From Albugo candida (taxonomy: Eukaryota): a stretch of 64,000 nucleotides of DNA. Below, one piece after another: positions 37,501 through 49,424 of the stretch (positions are counted from its first letter, which is position 1; every line of letters begins with the position of its first letter). A model generated the notes under the pieces. It saw nothing but the letters and a program-made list of their open reading frames with translations. It made no database searches and was not told where the DNA came from. The stretch covers positions 62,001-126,000 of the forward strand of contig JBDOQK010000055.1 of the NCBI GenBank assembly GCA_040437565.1. The letters are read 5' to 3'. Made by a program: the position numbers and the translations under genes.

Positions 37501-39606
37501 CTGACGAACGGATACCAGGAGCTCGTCAAGCAGTATTTCAAGGATCGAGATGAGCTTCACGCGTTGTTGGAAGCTGTGCGTGCGGATCCGATGGAAGAGA
37601 TCAAGGAAATCGCGTTCTCGAAGAATCTCAAGGTGGAATGCCTTCTCCTCTTTCGTTCCCATCTCACAAGAGCGTCTGTAGCTGTCCCGCAAGCTGAAAA
37701 AGACTGAAGATGCGTCCGTTGTGTGCACGACAAACGCGTTCGATGGGAAGATTTCCGCTGAAAAACGAGCAAACACACCGGAAAAAGCGATTGATTTGGC
37801 AATTGCGGAATTGAAAATGAAAGCCGATCGCATCGGTTACGACTGGAAAAAGCAGATACAAACGTACATGAAAGCGTCTGTGAAAGCTTCCAGCAGCATT
37901 ATGGCCGCCAACGAAACGCGAGCAAAGCACAAGCAATGGGTACGGACAAAGGCCGACGCAGAGGCTTTGACTGTCTCACACGCGTTTGTGTCTAGATTCG
38001 TGGCGAAGAAAGTCGAGCGGGACACTTGTACTCGTACAAAATCTTTGTGGATGAGTTTCTGATCGTTCATGCGGCGTGTCCGAACGCAAAAGAAGCGAAA
38101 CGAGCGGCAAGTGAGCAGTATCGAGACTTTCTCGAGAGTATCAAGTCTTTAGACGAGAAAAAAGCCGCAAAAAACGCAGTTTCGATGCCAAAAACAACAG
38201 CTCCAATGACCCAACGACCCAAGCCAAAAGTTGTTGTCTGCAGCGACGACGAAGACGAAGAAGACGACGATGAGTACGACTCGAATTCCGGATCCGATAC
38301 GGAATGGCTCTCGACGTACAACAGCTCCTCAAGTGCGAATGTCGTGATAAAGAGCGAGCCGAATCGAGCCGACTCGAGTCAAATGACTCCAATCGAAGCA
38401 CAGGACCCTTACGATGTGAATTCCGAAGCAAAACCTATGGAATGTGCTCGATTCCGTGCGCTATTGCGATGTCTTTTCAGCTGCAAAGATGAAGTGTTTA
38501 AAATCGTCAGAGAATTACGAGGTTGTCTCGCGTTCCAAGGAGCTGCAGAGCGTGTGATTTGTCCGAATGTGAAGGCGTTTATCCGAATGGAACGACTGCA
38601 GGAAGGTGTCATTGACGTACACATTTCACTGAACGAAGTGATTCATTTCGTCGCTTCCGACAGCTCGAAGAAAAGAGCCTGTGACCTCGCAATTGACGGG
38701 ATCTTGGACAAGCTCACACAGACGCATTCGATATGGGCTCAGATGCTCCATTTCTTCCAACTTCGCGTCCTCAGTACCGCCAACATGATGGAGTCGATCA
38801 ATGCTCTCGTACAGGCGAATATCGCACGCTTTAGCATCCGATTCGAAGAGCCATTACCGACGACATTTTCCAGTCAGAAATGCCTCACACATATCGTCTG
38901 TGTGCTTGCGATTGACACGCACATTATCGCCCGAATCGATGCGGAAGATGAGAATGCAGGACGGTATTCTGTGCTCCTTCAAGTGGCCAAGTTTCTTGTC
39001 AATTTGGTGGATGTCGCAATGGATACGAAATCGATCGATCCGATCAAAAATGAAGCGATTCCAAGCACAATTTTAAATCAAAATCGTAGCGAAAACATCG
39101 ATGACGCTACCCGCTCGGACTTTTCGTGCGTTCTACGTCTCCGTGATCCAGGGAATCTCGACGCCTACCACGACTTCCGGCTGTATGGAACGTGGTGTCT
39201 CGAGCATAAAGCGCCATTCATCAAAGACTTTGTCAAAGTCGATTGTGAGAAGGAGCTCGTGTTCACACAGACGGACCAAATTCGTATGAATGAGTTTGAA
39301 CAGCTCTCCAAGAACGGCTCGAGTTTGTGTATCAGTTGTTTTGAATTGGAGTCGGCGTTCGAGCATTCCAAGTTTGTGAATGCGTTGGCAGCGTACGGCA
39401 ATAAGAACAAATACAAAGCGTATGCGCTCAAATGTGCCATTGATCCCATCAAACAGTATCGAGCGCTCATCGTACCAGCGGGAGGCTCCATCAACAGCCT
39501 GCAACCGAATCTCTACTGGCCAACACATCGTCCAACGTCGGTCACAGACTGGAGGAAGGTGTACGGAATGCTCCAGCTACAGACCGATACCGGCAAGATT
39601 CTGTAA
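34547..39606 (+). CDS. Large multi-exon protein with a TFIIS central (TFIIS_M) domain, repeated dsRBD-like segments and a possible C-terminal SPOC-like domain
   Basis: HARMLRSNLKIAENKQLRDDVLSKVLPEMRLCEMSSEELAPE is TFIIS_M-like. ORFs 34316-36307, 36294-37707, 37721-38062 and 38026-39606 can be joined by short GT-AG introns (e.g. 36281-36329, 37633-37681). The start is uncertain and the gap 37076-37175 has duplicated flanks. Confidence 0.7.
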
Positions 39607-39651
39607 GGCACGCAATAGAGATGTATTACGCCATTACGCATAGCGGGATAG

Positions 39652-42046
39652 CTACATGGAGGCAGTTGGATGCGCTGGGAACGCGTCGAGATACTCGGCG
39701 TTGTAGAGCTCGAAACGAAGCTGTCGAATCCTTTCGCCGTACTTTTCGATCCTTCCGTATCGCTGCATCTCCGTGTCGATGACGAGATCCATCACAAGCT
39801 CACACATACGCCACAACTCGATATTGGACGTATTTGCACGCGCAATTACATCGGAGATAAAGTCAAGTCCGTCCATAATGTGATCGAATGTGTTGAGGTA
39901 CCGCAAAAGACGATAGAAAAGAAGCAAAAGTTGATGTGTGATCTCTTGATCGTGCGCTTTGCCGTGGAAGAGAGCTTGAAGCATACGAAGGAATTTAGAC
40001 GTCACCATCAATGGGATCGTCTTTGGTTCCAAACAGAGCGTGGAAATCCATTGCACGACCTCTAAAACGACATCATCTTGCGAGAATCCCGGCACTAAAA
40101 GCTTGGTGATGAAGGGAACGAGAGAATGATGGAGTATCAGCTGATCCCACGAGCATGTCGGAGCGATATCGTCGGGCGTCACATTCGCGAATATGGCGAT
40201 CATCTCAACGAGGAAATCATGTTTTTCCTGTTGGCTGATGGCGAATTCGATGAGAGGAACAATAAGAGAAGCCCATGTGCCCTTTTGCGTGCAAGTTGTG
40301 TCTTCTTGCGAGCGATATGTCCATTGAGAGATGTTTCGAACGACTTTGACGAGCAGAGGATCGCTTGTGCGAATGACACGCTTCACCAGCGCCTCGAGGC
40401 CTCCACGCTGACACATCCATTCAGCGTTTCGTGCGTTGAGACTCAAATTGACAGTAAGCGCCGCAAGCTCTTTGGCGATGCTATTTTGTGGGAAATTGAT
40501 CTACAAAGACGATACGCAGTGTCAACTCAACGCCTCGAAATTCGTGCGGGGATGCGATACAGACCACCAATTGCATGACAATCGGAATAGCATCCGTGTA
40601 GGTGAACATCGACTTGCAACGATCGTCCATGCTTAAATGATAGAGAATCCGTAGCGTGGAAGCTCGAAATGGCGGCTTCTTGAGCAGAATCACGAGTCTG
40701 GGGATAATGCTGTTCTTGACGAGAAGATCGCGCTGCTGTGGGTCGAAAGAGAGATTGTGTATGAGCTTGAGCGACATCTAAAGCACGCAGAGGATGAGAT
40801 GCGAAAATCCCGTTAAGAGACATCCGACCTGAATGGTTTTCTCGTGGGAACAATTGAGATGCATCACGAGCTTCTCAGGCACATGGAGTCGTATCATGGC
40901 ATCCATATTCTCTTGAAATATGCTCAGTTTCTTGAGGAATGCAAGCACCACAAGCTGGAGATTCGCGGATGTACGATCGAGCATCTAAAGGCTTTTCAGT
41001 CACGAAATCGAGCGACATCGCGCGTGACGACAAACCTTTGACAAGTACGTAATGATATTCTTTTTGACCATTTTCCGTTCCGTGCGAATGTCTTGCGCCA
41101 AATGTATCAAAAGACTAAAGCACACAAAGCTTTGGATCGCGTGAGTGTGTGCATTTCAAAGTCTGTGGACGTACAAAATCTGATTTTGCTTTCGGATGCG
41201 TTTGCGATTGCGTTTTCGTTCGTTTTGATACTTTTCCAAAGCCTCCAAAGACGTTGTGCTCCATTGAGCGCATGTTTGCTCCTCAAGAACACAAAGCTCA
41301 TGTCTTTTAATCTCAAACTCAACGATTTTCAGTGTGGTCGCTCCGATCGAATAGTTTCCCAGCAACGGATGAAGCTGTACAAACGTCNNNNNNNNNNNNN
41401 NNNNNNNNNNNNNNNNNNNNNNNNNNNNNNNNNNNNNNNNNNNNNNNNNNNNNNNNNNNNNNNNNNNNNNNNNNNNNNNNNNNNNNNAGTCTGTGGACGT
41501 ACAAAATCTGATTTTGCTTTCGGATGCGTTTGCGATTGCGTTTTCGTTCGTTTTGATACTTTTCCAAAGCCTCCAAAGACGTTGTGCTCCATTGAGCGCA
41601 TGTTTGCTCCTCGAGAACACAAAGCTCATGTCTTTTAATCTCAAACTCCACGATTTTCAGTGTGGTCGCTCCGATCGAATAGTTTCCCAGCAACGGATGA
41701 AGCTGTACAAACGTCGAAAAGCACCAAAAGATACGCAATAGTGTCATTGTGAGCGTCGAATTCTTCTTGTAGTCGTCACGAAGGACCCGAGAAAGCAACG
41801 CCTACCAAAGAACGACAGCATTCAGCTAAAGGAAGACGCTTTACATACCATCAGAGCCTCATTTTCCACGAGCTGTTCCGTGTGCATCGCGTGCATTGCA
41901 AGGTGGAGGATCCGTATCGCTCCGTCCTGCTTGGACTCGACATCGTCGTCGTATAAGCGCTCCATGTACATATCGAGATCGTGGAGAACAGCATTGGATT
42001 TCCTGGCTTGTCTGTCTTTGCCTCTAGCGCCTGATATGCTGCTCAT
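39652..42046 (-). CDS. KAP3: Kinesin-associated protein 3 (KAP/KIFAP3/FLA3), multi-exon
   Basis: LDMYMERLYDD..KQDG, LSRVLRDDYKKN, FWCFSTF, FLKKLSIFQEN, NLSFDP, LRILYHLSMDDRCKSMFTYTD, DPLLVKVVRNISQ, QDDVVLEVV, IRQLRFELYNAEYL. Start approximate; the gap 41388-41487 has duplicated flanks. Confidence 0.9.
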
Positions 42047-43197
42047 AGCCCAAGCTGAAGAGCCCAAAGCAGCCGCAATTTGTGTCGTTACGGAAGCGCC
42101 AGAAATACTTATGACGAACGACCGCTCATATTCGAGAGAAATGATACAATCTCGGGAATTCAAAATGGCCGCTGCGTCGTATTGTGGGAATCAAATCGAT
42201 ACGGAGAATGTCGATTTAGAGGCTTTGCTGCATACGGAATTAGATCTTCCGCTAGAGTCGAATTTCGATGAGGATTCTTCTTCATCCGATATCGTTAATG
42301 TGTCGTTGGAACTGCTCGTATGCGTCCATATCGTCCGGGAATGATATCCTTCTCACTTGGCTGATCGTAGGCTTTACAAAGTCCTCACGGATGTACGCAT
42401 CAATGGGACAACAATGCAATCTNNNNNNNNNNNNNNNNNNNNNNNNNNNNNNNNNNNNNNNNNNNNNNNNNNNNNNNNNNNNNNNNNNNNNNNNNNNNNN
42501 NNNNNNNNNNNNNNNNNNNNNNTCGAATTTCGATGAGGATTCTTCTTCATCCGATATCGTTAATGTGTCGTTGGAACTGCTCGTATGCGTCCATATCGTC
42601 CGGGAATGATATCCTTCTCACTTGGCTGATCGTAGGCTTTACAAAGTCCTCACGGATGTACGCATCAATGGGACAACAATGCAATCTTCGACACAGGCGA
42701 ATGTGTAAAGGCTTCGGAACGGAACGGTAGGCTTTGTCTCACAGACGACGTTTTATTGACAGTGTGCTGTAGCCAATGTGGAAAAGACTTGCGTGTCGTC
42801 GATTTCGCAGAGGAATAGACGATCGAATTCGGATTCTTCTCAGCATGTTGGATCGTCTCGAAGACGTCCACAAAGCACAGCACGGAAGCGGAAGATCAAG
42901 CACGGAGGCATTTATTCACTTTTATTGAACGATCCATTGAGTCGCGAACAACATCAAAAGTGCTCGCCCGTTTTGCTGGAGAATGTCTCTCACGCGGAAA
43001 TGCTGACTTCCATTGCCGGACACACGCTTTTCGCTCAAGGACGTTGAGACATGGAGCGTGTCTTATCGATACGTAAGCAAGCCAATTGTCCGGTCATGAG
43101 AGATGCTGAATAGAGCTTTATGTCGAGAATGCCAATTCGCATGTAAGACCTGTTTCTCTACAAATACAACGAGTTAGCGTGTGCGTTGATGACACTC

Positions 43198-45693
43198 TCA
43201 AACGCTCTTACGATGCACTTGAATCGATTGATGCGGTAAGCCGTTTTGTGAGCCATCCGAATGAGCTCTCAGGTCCCAAAGATGCACCTTCCCCGACGTA
43301 CTTCCACACGATACGCGGAAGCCATCAAAAGCCCACCGAGGAACGACGTATTTACTGAGCGATCTCGCATCGACTTCCTTCATAACATTGATTGTGATCG
43401 ATGAGGCTTGCTGTTTGTCGGCGTACGACTCTCTGATATCGTGCAGGAAGATGCTCTGGACACAAGGCTCAACACTGCTGATCAGTAAGAGATTCGGATT
43501 CAATGGATGCTGTAAAATGCAATTGATTTTCCCGATCGAACAGCTCTGACGGCGTTTCAGTATCGACGAATGCATTCCGGTGTGAAAATCGTATCGAATG
43601 ACCAAGCCATCGCTTCCACCAGTGTATACAGCCTGTCCTTGTGAGTGCACACAGAGACTTCTAATCTCATTACGATGTCCCTCGTGAAGGAATGTATGCT
43701 TCCAATCACTTGCATTGTCTATCAACGACGCAGAAGGCTCCGGTTGCTGCCACATGTGTACACTGTGATTGGGGCATGCAGTGATGATACCTCGAGTATC
43801 GTGATGCCCACGACCGGAAGGCACCCACGCGATCGCAGATATCCCACGGGATTGACTATTGCTTTGCTTGCGAATGATACGATCCGTGGGAATCGCTAAT
43901 TGCTCGGTCGGGTCGTCGGGAATTGCCAATTGATGCAGACGTACGATACAAAATTCCCCATAGCCTGTGATTGGATTCGGTAAAGGATCACGGAATGCTA
44001 ATGCTAATCGATCCCCATCGAGGCTCCACGCCATACTCTCTGCAGCTGGAAGCTCTTCCCGGAACGACGATGGCGCGAAACTCACCAATTTATCGATTTG
44101 TTGGATGGAAGGCTGATAATTCCAAAGATTTACGCTCCCATCGTCGGAACTTGTAGCGAATATGTCGGGCTTTACCGGGTTGAATTCTAATGTTCGTAGC
44201 TTCCGCGTGCTTCCGTCTGGGATCGTGGAGATTCGTGTGTGGGGAAGCAAGTCGGGTGTTTTGATGGTGCCCCAAAAATGATCCTTTCGTTTGGAATTGG
44301 AGCAATTGGACGCGCGAGGAGCGTGTTTTATCTTAATTTTTATATCGGAAATAGCTTTACTTTCGACTTGTCTTTTTTTGATCAGAGGCGATGGCTTTCG
44401 ACGTGAAGGAGTCTCAGGCTTTTTGGGTGTCTCCGGGTCGGTAATAATTGCTGGTGGCAATGGATGCATTTCCTGTTCATGCGGGAAGGCAGCGTGGAGG
44501 AACGAGTCTCTGCGCAAATGTGTTTTACTCTCAGTGGAATTTTGAGAGCTGATAAATTGTTTTTGTAATTGTTGGCGGTCCTGCAGCCCTTTCATAACGA
44601 GTTCGATATCTTTGATTTCGTAGTGTTTTGCACTCATTTGCTGCTCGAGTTCTGTGACGTTTTTTCTGATCGTATCGAACTGTTCTTTAGCGAGGCTCAA
44701 TTTCTTACGGGCAGCTTCCAGCTCTGTTTCCAGAAGAGGTACTGGCAGAGGTGAAGTGGTACTGGACGCTCCATTTCGTTTCCGTTTCATTTTTGGGCTG
44801 CGTGTTGGTTTCCTGTCGCCTTTTCCTTCGGGAGCGAATGGAGGTGAGGTTTTGGACTTGATGATATTTTCTTTTTTCTTCTTTGCACTCATAGTGGAAT
44901 CTTTCTGCTCTTTGACTTTAAGAGGGAGTTTGGGTGCATCGGCTTCGATAGCAGGTATCTCCTCGTCGATATTTTCCATTTTTTTTGAAGCATTTACACT
45001 CGTTGCATGGCTCCTGGAAGGCCCCGACGATGATTGCATTCTTTCATCATTGCGAGGTCGAGAGCGCGATCTGGACTGAGAACGATTCCGTCGATGATGT
45101 CGATACTCTGAATGATCGCGGCCTTGTGAAAATCGGCTGACGGAATGAGGTCTTTTCCGTGAATTAGAGCGATATACCTGTGGAGCCTGAGAATCTACAG
45201 TGTCATAAAAGTGGGTTCTTTGTCGAGCTCCTTGGGTGTACACGCTTCGGGAATGATTGGNNNNNNNNNNNNNNNNNNNNNNNNNNNNNNNNNNNNNNNN
45301 NNNNNNNNNNNNNNNNNNNNNNNNNNNNNNNNNNNNNNNNNNNNNNNNNNNNNNNNNNNNATCATTGCGAGGTCGAGAGCGCGATCTGGACTGAGAACGA
45401 TTCCGTCGATGATGTCGATACTCTGAATGATCGCGGCCTTGTGAAAATCGGCTGACGGAATGAGGTCTTTTCCGTGAATTAGAGCGATATACCTGTGGAG
45501 CCTGAGAATCTACAGTGTCATAAAAGTGGGTTCTTTGTCGAGCTCCTTGGGTGTACACGCTTCGGGAATGATTGGTAATTGGATAATCGTTATTCCGCTT
45601 TCTCAATAGTGCATTTGTACTATCGAAATCGGACTTGGATAGCGTGAAATTCCGACCAAATTCATCGGATGCCGCATAACGCTCGCGAGCCAT
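43198..45693 (-). CDS. WD40-repeat protein with Arg/Ser-rich N-terminus and coiled coil (3' exon(s) probably continue past 43198)
   Basis: FATSSDDGSVNLWN, GHRNEIRSL..VYTGGSDGLVIRYD, SCGSTSGKVHLWDLR; RSQSRSRSRPR tract; heptad segment LEAARKKL...LQDRQQ. A GTAAG donor-like site lies near 43212. Confidence 0.8.
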   Translation of the reverse strand: MARERYAASDEFGRNFTLSKSDFDSTNALLRKRNNDYPITNHSRSVYTQGARQRTHFYDTVDSQAPQVYRSNSRKRPHSVSRFSQGRDHSEYRHHRRNRSQSRSRSRPRNDXXXXXXXXXXXXXXXXXXXXXXXXXXXXXXXXXXNHSRSVYTQGARQRTHFYDTVDSQAPQVYRSNSRKRPHSVSRFSQGRDHSEYRHHRRNRSQSRSRSRPRNDERMQSSSGPSRSHATSVNASKKMENIDEEIPAIEADAPKLPLKVKEQKDSTMSAKKKKENIIKSKTSPPFAPEGKGDRKPTRSPKMKRKRNGASSTTSPLPVPLLETELEAARKKLSLAKEQFDTIRKNVTELEQQMSAKHYEIKDIELVMKGLQDRQQLQKQFISSQNSTESKTHLRRDSFLHAAFPHEQEMHPLPPAIITDPETPKKPETPSRRKPSPLIKKRQVESKAISDIKIKIKHAPRASNCSNSKRKDHFWGTIKTPDLLPHTRISTIPDGSTRKLRTLEFNPVKPDIFATSSDDGSVNLWNYQPSIQQIDKLVSFAPSSFREELPAAESMAWSLDGDRLALAFRDPLPNPITGYGEFCIVRLHQLAIPDDPTEQLAIPTDRIIRKQSNSQSRGISAIAWVPSGRGHHDTRGIITACPNHSVHMWQQPEPSASLIDNASDWKHTFLHEGHRNEIRSLCVHSQGQAVYTGGSDGLVIRYDFHTGMHSSILKRRQSCSIGKINCILQHPLNPNLLLISSVEPCVQSIFLHDIRESYADKQQASSITINVMKEVDARSLSKYVVPRWAFDGFRVSCGSTSGKVHLWDLRAHSDGSQNGLPHQSIQVHRKSV

Positions 45694-47102
45694 TGCCTCC
45701 GTATCGAGTGAATGATTTTTATCCAATCAAAACACCTCCCGCAAGCATGGCGAATATGGAGGGAAATCGCCTGGACACGATCGATCGGTACTTTCAAGGC
45801 AAATTGCAATCGTTTCTCAATTGTCTCTTACTGTGATTCTGTCGCTACATGATACTATGATAGTGGCTACATCGTACTATGACCTAGTGGCTCACATGGA
45901 AGCAGGGCAGCAGCGATCCTTCGATCTTCCGCATTTAAAATATTAAATGTCGCGCATGCGTTTGCCTTGCAATGAAGTAAGACGATTATACTTTCAAATC
46001 ATACAAAGTCACATACCGAGTCCAAACATTCCACTACAATCCCATTCCTCTTCAAATAGTCGCGAACAGTAGGATCAAGATCATGCTGAATATGCTCCCC
46101 ACAGCCCAACAGCAAAAGTTCTAATCGCGTGAGCAAATTCCGTCACCTTTTACGTGAAAAGTATCGTACCGATCGGCGGCTCTGTGACTGTGAAAATTTG
46201 CATACTTTGCTTTGTGATTTCTCGTAAACAATTTGGTTTCCATAACTATACGGAAGCTATAAGCACATTTCTATCGCTTATAAATTCTCTCAAACCATCG
46301 CAATGGTCGGAAAAACTGCTACAGCTCCACGCATATTCTATGTTTCATTGAGTCAGGGACGAGCGGTTACAAGCGATCACTCAGTATACGATATTATTGA
46401 TGACAAAGCCTCCTTCGTCGTACTCGGAGATGGACACTTTATCAGTGCCAAACATCATTTCCTAAGCGTAAATGCATCAGGAAACGAGATGAGGACATAC
46501 TGAGCCTTACGGAATGAAGATCGTGGCCGTAATTGATCCATCGGCGCGATAATCCGCAGCGATTTCGTCCGAGACCGAAAATCGTCGGATAAAGTCGAAG
46601 CATATCTGTGAGAGATTATACTATACTATGATTATATCATAGAGCTTGGAACGATCTCTCAGGCTCCTTGAAAGATCACAAGGCTTTTGATCTGTCGGTA
46701 CCCGCTATACACCCACTAGATTGGATACAATCAATCGAGGATGCAGGATGATCGCGCATTTGTATCGTGGAAGCACAGCCGCGGCCATTTTCCATGTGCC
46801 TTGGCCACATTCGGGTGCCAGGAGCCCCAGGTACAAGTAGGAAAGCTCGTGTATGTGAATCCTCCACGAGCGGATGAGAGAATAGTAGATGAGAATTCCG
46901 TTCAGGGAGGTATTGCACTGGTGATACGAGGTGGATGCTCNNNNNNNNNNNNNNNNNNNNNNNNNNNNNNNNNNNNNNNNNNNNNNNNNNNNNNNNNNNN
47001 NNNNNNNNNNNNNNNNNNNNNNNNNNNNNNNNNNNNNNNNCAAGGCTTTTGATCTGTCGGTACCCGCTATACACCCACTAGATTGGATACAATCAATCGA
47101 GG

Positions 47103-49424
47103 ATGCAGGATGATCGCGCATTTGTATCGTGGAAGCACAGCCGCGGCCATTTTCCATGTGCCTTGGCCACATTCGGGTGCCAGGAGCCCCAGGTACAAGT
47201 AGGAAAGCTCGTGTATGTGAATCCTCCACGAGCGGATGAGAGAATAGTAGATGAGAATTCCGTTCAGGGAGGTATTGCACTGGTGATACGAGGTGGATGC
47301 TCTTTCATTGAGAAGGCGAGGCGAGTGCAGGAAGCTGGGGCCGTTGCAATGATTCTTGCAAATAATGACCGAGAAAACATCTGGGAAACATTTCCAATGT
47401 GTAGTAAACAGCCTGAGGCTACAGAGGACATCAACATTATGATTCCTTGCGTTATGATGTCTTTAAGCACTGTAAGGGAGTTGCTTGAACGCTTCCCACC
47501 TACAAAGAGTACTGGAATGTTGACAATAGAGATAATTGGAGATGCTAAAGCGATGTATCACTGTCAGTCAATAAAGCCTCAGGACGCTGATTTTGTCCAT
47601 AAAGAAGGAGATGAGTCGATGAGGTGCTTACTTGATCCTGAAAAGGAGATCGCTTGGGAAGAATCAAGCTCTGAGCCTGATCAAGGGCCGGTGTTCACAT
47701 TTGTGCAGTGGGCAACAGAAGCGCAAATGTATCGTATTTTCTATGGGCCAATTGCAGATTTTTGTGCGTTACGTGAGGGCGAGTGTTTGGAAGGAAGTTT
47801 CGTAGTCGCTGATCCAATTCTAGCGGATATAGACGTGATGAAGAACGAAAATGAGTTAAGAGACGCAATTGTTTTGGTACAACGCGGAAAATGTACCTTT
47901 CCAGAGAAATTAGAACGGCTTCAGCGCTGTGGTGCGTTAGCAGTCATTATCGGCAACGACGATGGATCCAATCGTGACGCTACTTTTATGATAAGTGTTG
48001 ATAAGATTCCAGTGAATCATTTGCATATTCCTTTGGTTATGGTGTCTCTTTCTGTCTTTGGACTTCTCTTACAGGAAAAACCACACACAATTCGGATTCT
48101 TTGCCTTAGCAAAGAGACAACAGCAGCGATTTTGGATTCCAAGCAAGAACGATTCTCTCTATTGGAGATTCCAAAACCGATCGACACGTCAAAAGACTGC
48201 TTGTTCCGAGCTGCTCGTGAAGGAGATATTGACAAATGCCAAGAGATCTTACTTTGTCGCTCTCCGGGTACACACGACCAAATTACAGGGAAAGACGTCT
48301 ATCACATGACAGCTTTGCATCATGCATGCATTGGTGGACACGATCAGGTCGCCAAGGCTTTATTGGCAGCTGGAGCCCGGATAGATGCCATTGATTTGAA
48401 TAAACATCTTCCAGTACATTTAGCTTCCTTGTCGGGCTCAATCAAGTGCCTTGAACTTTTGGTTCAGGCTCAAAACAATTCTGATCCTGGAGGAAGTCAA
48501 AGACTGCTTTGTCGACAGAATATTGGAGGAGCTACACCGCTTCATTACGCATCCACATCAGGAAACACTCAGTGTTTGGAATGTCTGCTTACTGCCGGAG
48601 ACACAGGACCGTTGGAGAAGGATAGTACAGACTACTCGTTTTGTGGAGTCAATGTACAAGATAAAAACGGATGCACTCCTCTCCATATCACTTGTATGTC
48701 TGCGAATGTCGCGTGCTCAACACACTTGATCAAAGCGAACACACAACTCGATATTTACGATCGTCAGGATCGAAATGCTTTTGAAATTGTATGCAGCTTG
48801 GTAGATGACCCGCAGTACTCCTCGTCTGCCCTTCAAATCGCTGAAATGCTGATTAAAGCTGGAACAAAGGTACAGAAGAAAAAAGAAAAGACATCGATTT
48901 TGGATATAATTCGATCCAAACCACACAAGCAGGAGCTTATAGTCGCTTATCTTTGTCGGGAAGTAGGCGACAAAGATGGTCAACTCGTGAAATTGCAGCG
49001 CGATATGGATAAAATGTGTGATATGTGCGTTGGCTTGCAACGGGAATTACAACAGATGTCTCAACAATTCGATGAGAAACGCCTTTCACACGAAAGCGCA
49101 TCGGCAAAGCAGCAAATTGAGATCGATACATTGAAACAAAGCATTACAAAGCTGGAGCGGTCAGTATCCCTTCGGTCAAATACTTGCAGAAATACTTTCA
49201 AATGTACAGATAACCTGACTAGTTCGTTTGAAGAATGGTCCGACCAGGAGCTGGCACAGGAAGCAGCGTTGGAGCGTGACTTTGGGAAAAAACATGCGAG
49301 AGAGAATCGATTTTCTTGCGCCGTAGAATCATTTAGAAAATCATTGCTGTACTTTCCTCTCCCTGGCGTCAGAGAGCTCTTAAAGGAAGCGGAAGAGTCG
49401 TGCGTGTACGAGGAGATGATATAG
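47103..49424 (+). CDS. Protein with two PA (protease-associated) domains, ankyrin repeats and a C-terminal coiled coil/TPR-like helix
   Basis: IALVIRGGCSFIEKARRVQEAGAVAMILAN and IVLVQRGKCTFPEKLERLQRCGALAVIIGN (PA). MTALHHAC, GATPLHYA, GCTPLHIT (ANK). The 5' end is duplicated at 46741 across the gap. Confidence 0.85.
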   Translation: MQDDRAFVSWKHSRGHFPCALATFGCQEPQVQVGKLVYVNPPRADERIVDENSVQGGIALVIRGGCSFIEKARRVQEAGAVAMILANNDRENIWETFPMCSKQPEATEDINIMIPCVMMSLSTVRELLERFPPTKSTGMLTIEIIGDAKAMYHCQSIKPQDADFVHKEGDESMRCLLDPEKEIAWEESSSEPDQGPVFTFVQWATEAQMYRIFYGPIADFCALREGECLEGSFVVADPILADIDVMKNENELRDAIVLVQRGKCTFPEKLERLQRCGALAVIIGNDDGSNRDATFMISVDKIPVNHLHIPLVMVSLSVFGLLLQEKPHTIRILCLSKETTAAILDSKQERFSLLEIPKPIDTSKDCLFRAAREGDIDKCQEILLCRSPGTHDQITGKDVYHMTALHHACIGGHDQVAKALLAAGARIDAIDLNKHLPVHLASLSGSIKCLELLVQAQNNSDPGGSQRLLCRQNIGGATPLHYASTSGNTQCLECLLTAGDTGPLEKDSTDYSFCGVNVQDKNGCTPLHITCMSANVACSTHLIKANTQLDIYDRQDRNAFEIVCSLVDDPQYSSSALQIAEMLIKAGTKVQKKKEKTSILDIIRSKPHKQELIVAYLCREVGDKDGQLVKLQRDMDKMCDMCVGLQRELQQMSQQFDEKRLSHESASAKQQIEIDTLKQSITKLERSVSLRSNTCRNTFKCTDNLTSSFEEWSDQELAQEAALERDFGKKHARENRFSCAVESFRKSLLYFPLPGVRELLKEAEESCVYEEMI

